From Vicugna vicugna (taxonomy: Eukaryota): a stretch of 64,000 nt of DNA. This document shows positions 47,735 through 59,310 of the stretch, piece after piece (within the stretch, counting starts at the first letter, position 1; the number at the start of each line of letters is the position of its first letter). The notes under the pieces were generated by a model that saw only the letters and a program-made list of their open reading frames with translations, had not been told where the DNA came from and ran no database searches. The stretch covers positions 868,001 through 932,000 of the forward strand of contig MU058836.1 of assembly GCA_013265495.1 (NCBI GenBank), written 5' to 3'. A program made the position numbers and the translations under genes.

Positions 47735-48310
47735 ACCCTGTTAGTAGTGCCGCCTGCCTGCTTAGAGCCTCCTTCACGTAGGTGGAAATGTGGCAACAGC
47801 TTTCCTGGCAATAGCTGTTGAGACCAGAGACTGACCTTGGACCCCAGGAAAGCTGATTCTTAGGATCAGTGACCACTGATCAGCAGCCCAGCTTACAAAG
47901 ATGCACTCAGGCAACCAGGAAAAGATTCCTTTTTGGGGAAGTTAGACTTGGGAACAGAGATGGATCCAGCTGGTGTTGGTGCTGCATTTGCAAAGTTGCA
48001 AGGCAGCGTTGAGAAGGTATGAAAGCAGGAGAGCAACGAGTAAGCAGAGGAAACACAGGAGAAAAAGGAGCCTGGGACAGGGAGGAAGAGAGAAGCTGAG
48101 ATGTCACGAGTGCAAGAGAGTCCAGTGGTGTCCAACAGAGGACCAGCAAGAGGTGCCCTGGTGGCAACGGTTTTCCAGTCCACAGCGTGACCTTCTTCCG
48201 ATCCTGTCTTGAGGTGTCTCTGGGAGACCACTGAACAGCCCCACTATACCTTCCCCCTTTTGAAATGAGCTTGAATGCCTCCTGGTTCTTGAAACTCAGA
48301 GTGTTGCTGT
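47735..48310 (+). mobile_element. old ERVL/MaLR-type LTR
   Basis: 3' end TTCCCCCTTTTGAAATGAGCTTGAATG...TTCTTGAAACTCAGAG resembles ERVL/MaLR LTR termini. Confidence 0.5.
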
Positions 48311-48952
48311 AACTATAACCTATTCCAAAAATGTTTTCAAGTAGAGCAGTGCTTTTGCTGTTGGGGGAAGGGGAAGATGTCATGGTAGAACATTCTAGAA
48401 ACGGCCAAGCTCTGAAGAGGTGGATCAGTCAGCTTGGTTGGGCCTAGAGTCAACAATGAGGCCAGTAATTCTAGAGCCAGACTGGGAGGATTTTAAAAGA
48501 GAGTCCACCATCATTTGTGGAAGTGAAATCACAGGAACAATTAGTTCATTTGTACATCAGGATGCAAAAGACTGGCCTTTGTCAGGAATTAAGCCATCCA
48601 TTTCCCTTTTATTCCTAGTCTCCCTTTGTAGACAGTTCTCCCCTGAGGCATCTTATCTCAGCTGAACTTTTGGCAATGGCAGAGGAAATGCTTTTTTTTT
48701 CTTTTTTCTTTTTTCTTTTTTCTTTTTTCTTCTCCCCCTCCCTCCACCTTTTTGCAGCCCCTCCTGCCAACACTGTTTCTGTTATCAGGAGCGAGAGATT
48801 TCATAGTTCTCCTCATTTGTCATTGAACTAGAGTGTTTTCCTTTCCTGCCTCTTACCCGTGGTGTTGACCTTGGGGGAGACACTGAGTTTCTTTAAGTCT
48901 CATTCTTTCCGCCTATAAAATGGGAGTAATTATATCCACCCAGCAGACGCTA

Positions 48953-49273
48953 GGGTGGTGCTTTTCCAACTCTCTGTGGTGAAGAACCAGGGTTTAAATA
49001 ATTTATTAATTTCTCTTAATTAAAAAAATTTTAATCTATCAGAGGCCTGTACTAGACTGCAGCTTGTGCCAGATGCAAGCTGAATTCAACACCCAACCTG
49101 GTCTAGACCCTGTTCCGTGAGAGTCGACTAATTATGTACTTGAACGTCACAGCCCTGTGGAAGCATTATAAAGGTTTCTAGCTGCCCTCTTTCATTTCTC
49201 TAGTTACCGTGAGCTGGAAACAGATAGTCTGTGGCTCGGCATGGGTCCGTGGACCATACTTTGAGTGACACTG
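48953..49273 (-). mobile_element. MER119-like hAT-Charlie element
   Basis: ACACCCAACCTGGTCTAGACCCTGTTC...GGTCCGTGGACCATACTTTGAGTGACACTG terminus. Confidence 0.7.
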
Positions 49274-49534
49274 GTTTAGCAGTCTTAGGAAATCCGCTCG
49301 TGGTGACCCATGCAATAGGGCTTTGGGAGCAGAAGCTGCCTTGTATGGAACTCGTGTGTGTGACCTGTGTTGACAGGGTCATAACATGATGCCGAGTTCC
49401 GGCTTCCTGAACATTGTTAACTCTTCAGCTTTTCTGACGACACTCCTACGCGGACTCCATGATTTCCGGTGCATCTCTCATCACTAGTGGCTTGGTGCTC
49501 CATCTGCCCTGGGGAGTGACATGCCTGCATTCAA

Positions 49535-49740
49535 AGGCTGCAGGTTGCAGCATCAGGCAGCTTGGAGCTGGAGTCTTGGCTCTGCCACTTTCTAGGTGTG
49601 GGATGTCCGCACGTCATTTAATCACGCCTCAGAGCGTTTATGACAGAGTGCCAGTGACACTTAGATGGCAGTTACCGTGAGAATGAAATGATCTGGTGTG
49701 CAAAAAAAAATCCTTTGTGTTTAGTAGGTACTCAATAAAG
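49535..49740 (+). mobile_element. MIR SINE
   Basis: TCTTGGCTCTGCCACTTTCTAGGTGTGGGA...GTGAGAATGAAATGA...TAGTAGGTACTCAATAAA. Confidence 0.7.
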
Positions 49741-50037
49741 TGGCTCCTTTTGCTCTGTTACCCTGACTGTGTTTTTTCCTATTGTGTCCTCTGAGATTTG
49801 GAAGGCTCAGGAAGTGGCAGATAGACAGTGCGGGTGGCAGGGCCATAAATCATCATGCCAGCACATCTCCACCCTCCCAGCCCCCACTTTGTAGAGGCCC
49901 CCAGAGGAGCCAGGAGCAAACACCATGGGTGACCCATGTGCCTCAGCCCTTCCCTTCCACAGCTTCCCTGCCTGAAAAGACCTCTGGAACCCAGACAGCT
50001 TCAAACTGGGAAGATCTCTGCTGATGGGAAACATTCT

Positions 50038-51050
50038 GTGAGTTGCCAGGACTTTGCCTACTCCCCCTTTTGTCTCTGCTAACACGACCCCAGTTTGGTT
50101 ATGGAAGGTGTTTATCTCCAGCTCAAAGGTGAATTACAATTAATTTAATTAGTTACAGTCACCCCATTTTCCCTCATCAGCAATGGACTTTAGGGCGTCT
50201 GTGTCATCTATTGTTGCCTAAGAGCTAGATTGAAAGTGGGGAGCTGATGAGAGGCATCTGGAAAAGTTTTCTTCAACTCTTCGAAAGGGGAAACAGGAAG
50301 ATTCCATCTCTTTTCTGCCTCTGGATGTTTTCCTGTTGAGATGTGATGCCTGGAACTGTGGCAGCCCTCTTGTGACCATGAGGGGAATCAGTCTGGGAAC
50401 ACAGCTGATAAACTGAGACATGGAAATATTCTGGGTTCTTGATGAAGTTGTCAAATCAACCCTAAACTCACCCTACCTTTAACTTTCACGTCACCTGAAT
50501 TGGGAAAAATGGATTTGAAATCATTGTGCTAGCATCGTGTGTCAAAATTCTCAAATAAAATGCGAGGAAAGGGATTTTCTGGTATCTGGTAATGCTGAAA
50601 GCAGAGTGATGTTTGAGGATTCCTGGGCACAGATGCTGCTTTCTTCCTGCAGGTGAAGGAATGGACTCATGACTGGTTGAATACTCTCTTAAACAGAAGT
50701 CATAGGTGTTAGGGTAAACTTCTAGAGAAGTTGTCTGATGACTAACCATGACATAGCCCTTGAAGTGTCATCAGAAGTCCGGGAGAAGCCTCACTGAGAC
50801 ATGTGCCCTGACCTGCGCCTGCCTTGTGTGGTCACTCTGGGCTCAGTGAGACTGTCTACCTGTGGATGAAGCTGAGGACTTACTTTAATGGGCGCTTGGG
50901 GATCAGAGTGTGTGTTGGTGGGAGGCGCCTGTTCTATAACTTACCTGAAACCCTGTAGTTGTTGAATCTGAGATCATGCTTTTCCTAACTCTTTAAGCTG
51001 GTTTAAATTGGGTGGCTTGTTCTTTGCTGTTAAAAACACCCTAAGTAATT
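50038..51050 (+). mobile_element. MLT1J/K-type MaLR LTR, split (50038-50480 and about 50965-51050)
   Basis: GATGTGATGCCTGGAACTGTGGCAGCCCTCTTGTGACCATGAGGG...CTGGGTTCTTGATGA; 3' terminus TTTAAGCTGGTTTAAATTGGG...AAACACCCTAAGTAAT. Confidence 0.75.
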
Positions 51051-54000
51051 AATATATGTTCTTTAAACTGTGAGGGCTTGGCCAATGGGTTAAATTTGGC
51101 TTTACATTTTCACAGTGAATCCAAGCGATAACCCGGCTCTTATTTGAAAACGATCCAGTCCCCCGACTCTTTCATTCATTCATTCATGCATTTGAACCAG
51201 CTGCGTTCCTCCCAGATGCCAGCCCGTGGAAACATGATGGAGACAGGCGCCTGCCTGTGGTGAAGTCACGTTCTAATTGACAAACACTCCGGTTGCTCTA
51301 CATTCCAGACTCCCTTATAGGATTCTCAATACCTCAGAGACCACAAATGTGTCACTTCAGTATTTTTAGGTCACCTGAGATGTGTCAGGGAAGGAGAGAT
51401 CTGTTTCAACTGTTGTTAGTACATCTAGGTTTTTATGGCATTGCATTTAATAAAGGTGTCCATCGAGCTGGCCAGCAGAAGCATCACAGTGGGAAATGTC
51501 ATGGCCACATCTTCTCCTTACATAGTTAAAAAAATAAAAATCTACACATTGAGGCATGAAAGAGTTAGCTGTCCACGATATACTTGGGTCTCAGGTCATT
51601 TATGTAGAGTGGTTACTGGTACTCAGGTGGGCATCTGTTCCGTTCATGTCCCGCCCCGCTCACTGTGGTGATAGTCTTCAATCTTCTGCACGTGTTCCAG
51701 TGTCCTTTAACTGGCTCTTGCCGCCTTATCTGCAACACATTGTAGGAGATAACACATAAATCTAATCTTCAGAGCAATGTCTTTGTGGGTGGACTGGGGT
51801 AATCATAACAAGCGCTGAAGGCTTTGAGCTTGTGACTGCTTGCTGTGGAAAAATGAAGCCATGAGTTGGGGGAATAAATCTGGTTTTGTGTAATGAGCTA
51901 GTGATGAGGCTTCTTGTGACAGTGTCATTCCCAGGACACGGGTCTTTGTTTGGTGTTTTGGCTTCTCAGAGGAGTGCCCCATTAGGATCCTGCCCTTCTT
52001 CCCCATCCCTTACCTCCATCCCTGCATGTCAAGGCTCAGCAAGAGTGGTTGAAGGGTCTTTGGGGTATGAGGGATGGTGACGTTGGCCACGTGCAAACGT
52101 GCTGTTCATTCCGCTTTCCTTCCCACTTAGGCAAGGGTGACCAGCAAGGTAGAGAGATGGAGTGTCTGTGCTCATTGTAGGGGCATCCGTAGGGGTGGGA
52201 GGCAGGAGATTTGACTCCACCCTGCCTAGCAGGGCCAGAGCTGGTTGCAAGGAACAAGGCTTCTTGGTAAATGCAGAGCGCATGCTCTAGACCCCCTGAC
52301 AATTGCTTACTCTCTTCTTTGTACCTTTCACCAGTATTGTTTCTCCCACACAATGAATGGTTTATTATATTTCCATTCTGTATGACACAGGTTGGGCTCA
52401 GCCAGAAGTACAAGGGACACCCAAATGAATCAGACGCTAGTCTGCAGAGGACTCAGGAACTGGTAGGGAAGACTGACAGCTAGGCATCCCCTGAAGGCTC
52501 CGTGTCTAAGTGTCTCCCTAGCGAGATACACTGGCTCTGAGGGAGCACAGAGGTGGGGCTCCCAGCCCAGGCACGAGAGGTCATGACGATTTGGGGCAGC
52601 AGTGAGGATTTCAGCATGACTGGAACAGAATGTCCAAGTGCTAAGAGACCAGCCAGAGGGGCGGCTGGGAGAGATGCACCTCGGAGCGCCTCGCATGGGT
52701 GTTTATAGGACTTCATCCTATCAGTGAAAGAATTGACTGGATGGGTTTCTGCTGGGGATGCACACGGCTGGATTCCTCCCTCCCCCTCCCTCTCTTCCTT
52801 TTTTTTTTTTTTGTTCTCCCATTTATGGTAACTCCCTAACTGGCTTCTAATGTCCTCTCTCTCGTCTTTGTACTATTACTCCTGCTACCACTACCACCTG
52901 CCACTTTTGACACAGAGAACGTCCCCATCCCCAAATCTTCCTTACTCCTCCCAAGAGCCCCCTCAGGAAACAGCCTCAGGGACTTTAAATAAATTGCTCG
53001 AAGTCACCCAGCTAGGCAGAGGCGGGGCTAGGATTTAAACAGACAAGTTTGACTCTATACCTGCTCCTTTCGCGAAGAGGGGGATGTCCAGGGTCTGCTC
53101 TAAGGTGCTTGGGGTCAGGACAGGAAAAGCAGGAGAGAGCCACACTGAGAGGGTGAGGCCCGGGAACCCGGGATGGATTAGATCGCGGTCTGACTCTTGG
53201 TGGCTCGACAGTGATGTACTGCGTGTGGAGCCGTCCTGCTCCTCCGGTGGCTCCCGACCTTTCTCTGTAACTTGAGAGACAGCTCCTCGTGGGCACAGGC
53301 TGCGTTTGCCACTTCGCGGGATCCCAGAGCTCAGGGACACAGCAAGTGTCGGAAGAGAAGGAAGATGACTTAGGCCTCCCGGACTCGGCAGCCAGAGGGT
53401 AGCCAATAAGTGGTGGCAGATCATTTTACAGCTATTCAGTGCTCTTTTGATGTGACCTAGGAATAATAATAATAAAAAATTCCCCTCTCTGGAAGGATCA
53501 GTGATTCATTTCTTTGTATATGTCTTTGCCCATTGAAGCCCTTTTCCCTGCACCCAGTAAGGACAATAAAGGGGGTTGTCAGCCTCAGATCAAGGGACAG
53601 AATAATACAGGTCTGATGGGAGCTTTGTTCCTCGCAGCTCTTACTGCTGAGTGACGGTGGTGATGGGGAGGATGTCTTCTGAGCACCTGCTGTGTTCAAG
53701 GAAGCTTCAAAAGGACTCTGCAAGGTGGGTACATACAGGATCGCCTTTTACATACAGGGAAACTGAGTCTCCTAGACATTAAATATTTTCCCCAGCATCG
53801 CACAGACAGTGCTGGAGCCCATTCCCTTATCCACAGGTTAGAGTATTTACCAGCATTATGCTTTTATTGTAGTTTTATCGAATTATTGTCTTAATTATCA
53901 TTATCATTATTCAGTTTCATGGGATGAACATTTATACCAGACCAGGGCTGGGCACTTCTAAATCCACGGTCCCACGTAAATTTCCCAGAACTCTGTGGTT

Positions 54001-54393
54001 GGCATTTGTCCTACAGCCCGACATCTTCCAGCATTTTATTCTGAGTCAGGTCGTTCTGCACAACTCCCCGTTGTCTGTTTATTGTTAAATCCACTCGTAA
54101 GGAAATAAGAAGCATGATTAAAAAAACAGAAAAATAAAACCCTGGGTCCACACACCTTCCACATCACCTGTTTATTTTTGCACCTCCCTTCCTGTCCTTA
54201 TCTGTGTGTGTTTAGATTTCGATTACAGGTATATATTCATTTTTAAAAACAGGTGCAATTTATACAATGTTTTATCCTTTCTTTATCACTTGACATTATT
54301 TGGGGACTTTTTAAAAATCTTCCTCATAATTTTCTCAGACTTCAGTAACCACCTGTGGACAGGGCACTGTTCACTTAAAGACCTCTATTTCTG

Positions 54394-54522
54394 TCTTTCT
54401 TTTTTTTTGGTGGGGGGAGTAATTAGTTTTCATTTATTCATTCATTTTTTTTTTTTTTAATGGAAGTACTGGAGCTTGAACCCCGGAGACATACACTCTG
54501 TCCCGGAGCTATACCCTCCCCC
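54394..54522 (-). mobile_element. camelid tRNA-Ala-derived SINE with an internal deletion of about 14 nt
   Basis: AATGGAAGTACTGGAGCTTGAACCCCGG...GAGCTATACCCTCCCCC; TSD AAGACCTCTATTTCTG (54378) / AAGACTTCTGTTTCTG (54527). Confidence 0.9.
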
Positions 54523-54639
54523 GCTCAAGACTTCTGTTTCTGAAGTTTTGTTTGCAATGGCTCTTTGTGTCTCTACGATTTAAAGCATTTCCTTCAAGTA
54601 TTTGGGGGGAATAAATTGTCAGGAGAGGGCTTATGGGTT

Positions 54640-54990
54640 GAAAGGTGGTCAGCTTGTATTATGTGAGCACCTGCGGGGTTTCAGAGTGGGAGTTACAGCC
54701 GTTAGAGATGCTGAATAGGACAGACTCGGTCCCCGTCCTCCGCAAGCTGACCCCCCTTCCCCGGGGGGAGACAGGCCAAAGGGATAAACAAATAAGCAAG
54801 CAAGATATTTGGACTGTGGGGGCATATGCTGTGAAGGGGTGAGCAAGGGGATAGGATAGAAAAGGACGGGTGGAGTCCCCTTGGGCAGGTTTCTGGGAAG
54901 CCACTCTGAGAAGGTCGTTGGAGCTGAGACCCAGAAAATGGGAGCAATGCAGGCAGAGCGAGGGAGCACGTGCCAAGTGTGGGTGCCTCT
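54640..54990 (-). mobile_element. L2a fragment
   Basis: TGAATAGGACAGACTCGGTCCCCGTCCTC...TCTGAGAAGGTCGTTGGAGCTGAGACC...AGGCAGAGCGAGGGAGCACGTGCCAAG. Confidence 0.7.
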
Positions 54991-55139
54991 CGCATCAGGG
55001 GAACTTGACCTGAGGATGGGGTACAGAATACCGATGGCCATGCTTCTCAGCGTAATCACTTGCTCCAAAACTCTGGACGCTGTTTGCTGGAAGTCTTCAG
55101 TCCTGCTCTCCCGACCTGGAGTAGCCTCCTGACGGGTCT

Positions 55140-55672
55140 ACTTTTGTCCCTCCTGCAAGTTAGAGGAACTCTGTCTCAAACTTGACTGAGTCAAAAAAAA
55201 AAAATGCATCGAGAGGTTCACGTAGGTGAGAATTTCAGGTACAGCTGGATCCTGGTGCTCACACAATAGGGCTACAGGGCTTGTTCTCAGCTCTGCTTGG
55301 CTCTGGGCTGGCTTTATTCCGAGGCATGTTCCAGTCTCATTGTGATGAGATGGTCACCAGCAGCAACTCGTGCTCACATCTTTACCAGCTGTTCTGGCGG
55401 AAGTCTTCTTTATTGGCCTGGTTGAGTAACGTGGTGTCCAGGGTAGGAGAATTGGTTGGGATGATGGGGGGGGGTGGCGGGTAGACAGAGGCAAGGACTG
55501 ATTATCCAGGCATGGATTTTGTGCCCATTTCTGGTGCTGGGAGTGCGGTCAACCCACCCAAACCTCATGGGATGAGAAGAGTGGAAGGATAATTATTCAA
55601 AGGAAATTGATGTTCTGTGGCCAGAAGAGGCAGGTGGGATGCTGGGCCAGCAAAACCAAAATGATCTCCATC
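55140..55672 (-). mobile_element. MLT1K/L-type MaLR LTR
   Basis: TTCAGGTACAGCTGGATCCTGGTGCTCA...AGATGGTCACCAGCAGC...GGATGCTGGGCCAGCAAAA. Confidence 0.75.
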
Positions 55673-55719
55673 AACATCCACATCTCTAGCCTTGTTTGCC
55701 TCCCCATCCGGGGAAAGAC

Positions 55720-56125
55720 TCTTCTCTCTCACCCATTATACTCCAGCCACACTGGCTCCTTCCTCGTCCTGGGCCCCCTGGACTCTTTACCGCCTCCAGC
55801 TCTTGACATGTGTTCCCTTCTTCTGCCTACAATGCTCCCAGAGAGACGGGCTCATTCGCACCATTAGCCCTTAGTTCATTGGGCCATTTCTCAGAAGCTT
55901 CTAGAGTTACCCATCCAAGTGGACTCCCACAGTTCTTTTCATTCCATCACCTTATTTCTCACTTTCATGGCACCCCTCACCATCTCGAATTATCTTGTTT
56001 ACCTCCTTGTCTGTTTGGTCTTTGGGGAGGACGGGGTTGGTGACCATGCTGGTTACTACTGTGTCTCCAGCCCCTCAAGCAGGCTGGAACACGCCAGGTG
56101 CTCGTGGCATAGGCACTGAGTAAAG
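55720..56125 (+). mobile_element. L2 3' fragment
   Basis: ACTCCAGCCACACTGGCTCCTTCC...TTGACATGTGTTCCCTTC...TGTGTCTCCAGC...TGGCATAGGCACTGAGTAAA. Confidence 0.7.
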
Positions 56126-56251
56126 GAAGGAGTAGATGGTCGCTGTCAGCTTCTCCAGTCTTCCTAGATTGTGCTGGAGTCACTGGCCTACCTCGGGTAG
56201 ATCCGGTCCAGGGGTCCCAAACCCATAGACTGGGAGCCACCAGTTCCTTGA

Positions 56252-56410
56252 GGGGGAGGGTGGTGGCTCAAGTGGTAGAGCGTATGCTTAGCATGCACTA
56301 GGTCCTGGGTTCAATCCCCAGCACCTCCATGAAAAAAACAAACAAAAAATAATAAATAAGTGAATAAACAGACCTAATGGTCTTCCCTCACAAAAAATAA
56401 ATTAAATAAT
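56252..56410 (+). mobile_element. camelid tRNA-Ala-derived SINE (Vic-1 type)
   Basis: GGCTCAAGTGGTAGAGCGTATGCTTAGCATGCACTAGGTCCTGGGTTCAATCCCCAGCACCTCCA plus A-rich tail; CAGTTCC on both flanks. Confidence 0.95.
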
Positions 56411-57745
56411 TTTTTTTTTAAAGTGTCAGTTCCCAGCTCTGCTCCTTTCCACCCGGGACCAGCCAGCAGACCTCCCTGGACTTCAGTTTCCTCTCCTACA
56501 GCATCAGTACAACGACCCTTACTCTGCGGGGGGCGAGAATCCAGAGCGACGTGGGCTGTGGAAGGGCTCTGTAAGCTGAAAAGTGTTATGTGGTTTTGCT
56601 GTTGCCGATGGACCGCGGAGCTCTCTGGGGGCGGGCTTACCATCACATCTGCTTTGCACCCTTTCCTCTCTCTCTTCCTCGTGTGTCTGGTATCCAGCTC
56701 TCATTTGTATCCTTATTTATGGAAGAACTGCTTTGCCAAATAGTCACAGAGGATTGTACCATCCCAGCCGCAGGGCTAGGTGCTGGGTGATGGAGGTGGA
56801 GGAGTCACACGTGTGTGTGCGTGTGTGTCTCTGTGTGTGTGCATGTGTGTGGGCTTGTGATGTGTGCACTGGGGACAGCAGGAATGGAGGCCTTCTGCCC
56901 CGCACCCTGCAAATTTCAGGTCTTCTCAGACACTGTTCTGCCTGTTTATTTATAAACAGATGGGGGGCTCTGGCTTTCGATGATAATCATACATGCCAAG
57001 AACAGACAGGTCATCCACCGTCATTTTTTTTTCCCCAATTAAGAAATGAAATGCCCTTCAAAGGCACAGAATGGAAAACACCAGGAATGGCCGTTGCTAG
57101 GTTTCTGACTCGGTCTGGGTACAATGGCTTGCTTCCTCCTTATTTCTCCCCAGAGGCCCGGGGTGTTGAGGAACTGCAGGCTGGCACCCTTGACTCTTCC
57201 TCATTTGGCCTGGACTCTCGCTGCGTGTGAAGCCTTCTCCCAGGACATTTCATGTGGACAAAGCTACACACTCCCTGATTTCATCACTGGCTTTCAGGGC
57301 TCAGAGCCCTCGAGCAGGCTTGCAGCTGGGTGTTCTGTATTCTTCTGTGCACTCTTGTCTGCTGTCAGAGGGTCTGTGCCTGGTCGTGTGGTTTTGTCAA
57401 ACATCGCCTTGGCTTTCTGGTGAAGACTTAAAGCATCTGTGCCCACCTGAGGCTGGCACTGGCGTACTGGCTAGTTTGGTGATTGGCTCCGCATAGGGGC
57501 CTCTCTGAAATCTCCATCCTGAGGCACTGATGGGAAAGAGAAGACCATCTCTGAGCCAACTGAAGGGTCAAGAAGAAAGAGTATTTTTATATATCCTCAG
57601 CCTGTTCTTTTCAGGCAGCTCCAGTCACCCATGCATCACTTGGCGGCTGCCACTCTCTGCTTCTTTGGCTCATGGTCACTTTCCAGAATGTTCCTCGTTT
57701 TGCCTCTTGTTCTAGATTCGCTCAGTGTTGGGCTGTAGCTCTCCT

Positions 57746-58258
57746 CGTGGCGGTTACTTGGATGCGTCCACTTGACAGGGCTGAGGGGGGCTCAGATGCC
57801 TGGAAACACGTTAGTTCTGGGTGAGTCTGTGAGGGTGTCTCCAGGAGAGATGAGCATTTGAATGGGTGGCCCGAGCAAGGAAGGTCACCCTCACCCATGC
57901 AGGTGGGCATCACCCAATCCCCTGGGGCCTGAACAGAACAGAAAGGGCGAGGAAGGACAAATTCTCTCTGCTTAAGCTAAGACCTCCCTCTTCTCCTGCC
58001 CTGGGACCTTCGTGCTTCTGGTTCTCGGGTGTTCAGCCTTTGACATGGATTCATGCCTTTGGCCCCTAATTCTCATGCTTTTGGACTTGGACTGAATTAT
58101 AACCTTGGCTTTCCTGGGTGTCCAGCTTTCAGGCAGCAGATTGCGGGTCTTCCTGGCCTCTGTAACTAGAATGAGCCAATTCCTAGAAGAAATCATCTCT
58201 CGTAGCTCTCTCTCTCTCTCTCTCTTCTTGGCTCTGTTTCCCTGGAGACTCTAATACA
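57746..58258 (+). mobile_element. MLT2B-type ERVL solo LTR
   Basis: CCACTTGACAGGGC...TTCTGGGTGAGTCTGTGAGGGTG...GGTGGGCATCACCCAATCC...TGAGCCAATTCC...CTCTAATACA. Confidence 0.9.
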
Positions 58259-58694
58259 CCATCTTTGAGCTTCGTCTTGCTTCTTTTCCTCATAATTATG
58301 CATTTATTTAGGTGATCCCAGCTTGGTCCGAGGCATTCCCGCTGGGCTTGTCCTGGATTCCACCCTCTTGACCTCAGGTGGGCATCCCCCAACTCCAGCG
58401 GCGCCCTCCAGGCTGCACGCCTTAGCCCAGGCTTGTTTAGTTGGCTCGTGCTGGACTTGGATGCCTGCCGTGGACCCGGCTCTGGCTAGACACTGGTGGT
58501 TTGTTTTATCCAGTTGGCTCACACGGCGGGACCTTGCTCTTCTGGAAGTTTCGTCTTCCTGAACTTCTGGAGGCCTCCATCCCCTACCTCTCAGCTTCAA
58601 CAGGTGTCCAGTATGTGCTGGAGCAGTAAAACAATTCTTCAGTGCTATAAACTCCAGGGCTCACCTGTTGAAGGTCAGTGTGTTCAGAGATGTT

Positions 58695-58905
58695 TTTACA
58701 GCCCATAAACAGAGCAGCCATTGACAGTGGAGCATATTGGGTCGTAAATTATTTCGCCGATAGACCAGCCCCTTATTTACAGGGGGAAATTTCACAGCCA
58801 CTCTGCGCGGTGAGAAAGTGCAGTTCTGGTCTCACCCACGGGCTTCCTATCATTCTACTGATAAATGCTTTGTTTTCTTCCCCTGGCCTGTGATTTACCA
58901 TTGGA
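58695..58905. promoter_or_regulatory. candidate HOX/PBX/MEIS enhancer
   Basis: CCATAAA 58703, TGACAG 58722, GTCGTAAA 58741, TATTTAC 58774, TGATAA 58859, TGATTTAC 58891; motif evidence only. Confidence 0.4.
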
Positions 58906-59164
58906 GTTTTGGCCTATAGGCCTCAACCACATTTGCCCAACCAGTCATTTTTCTCTGCTCTAACTGCAGCCTTTGAGAGGTGTTCGTTTGGTCCAGATTG
59001 GCCGTGGGAAGGGTTCCTAGAGCTGAGGCTATACCAATGATCACTAGTGAACTCTGGAACTTCTGGATATTTCAGGCACTGATGGGGATGGCTACTGATC
59101 TGGGAGGTGGGTGTCTGACAGCTGCTGGGGTTGGGGGTTGGGTGGAAAGTCATCCAGACATGCA

Positions 59165-59310
59165 TTTGGAACCTGTGATCCAGCTGAGTTCATTTGGGCA
59201 CTTTACATCTCCCTGGGCCTCAGTTTATTCATCTGTAAAACGGGCCCAGTAGGGTCCATCACAGGGGAGAGTTGAGACGTGAGAGGCCTGTGAAAGAGCC
59301 CAGTATGCCG
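59165..59310 (+). mobile_element. MIR SINE
   Basis: CTCCCTGGGCCTCAGTTTATTCATCTGTAAAACGGG. Confidence 0.75.

Noticed and set aside
49384..49440. Possible C/D-box snoRNA (ATGATGC...CTGA)
   Set aside because: Imperfect box C, too short, no terminal stem or recognisable guide
56252..56330. Apparent tRNA-Ala(AGC) gene, likewise 16125 and other copies
   Set aside because: Extra 5' GGGGAG leader, A-rich SINE tail, flanking duplications and stem mismatches mark these as SINEs
56583..57230. Longest ORF in the track (215 aa)
   Set aside because: Starts at a non-ATG codon, crosses a (TG)-rich repeat, and shows no recognisable domain or exon structure
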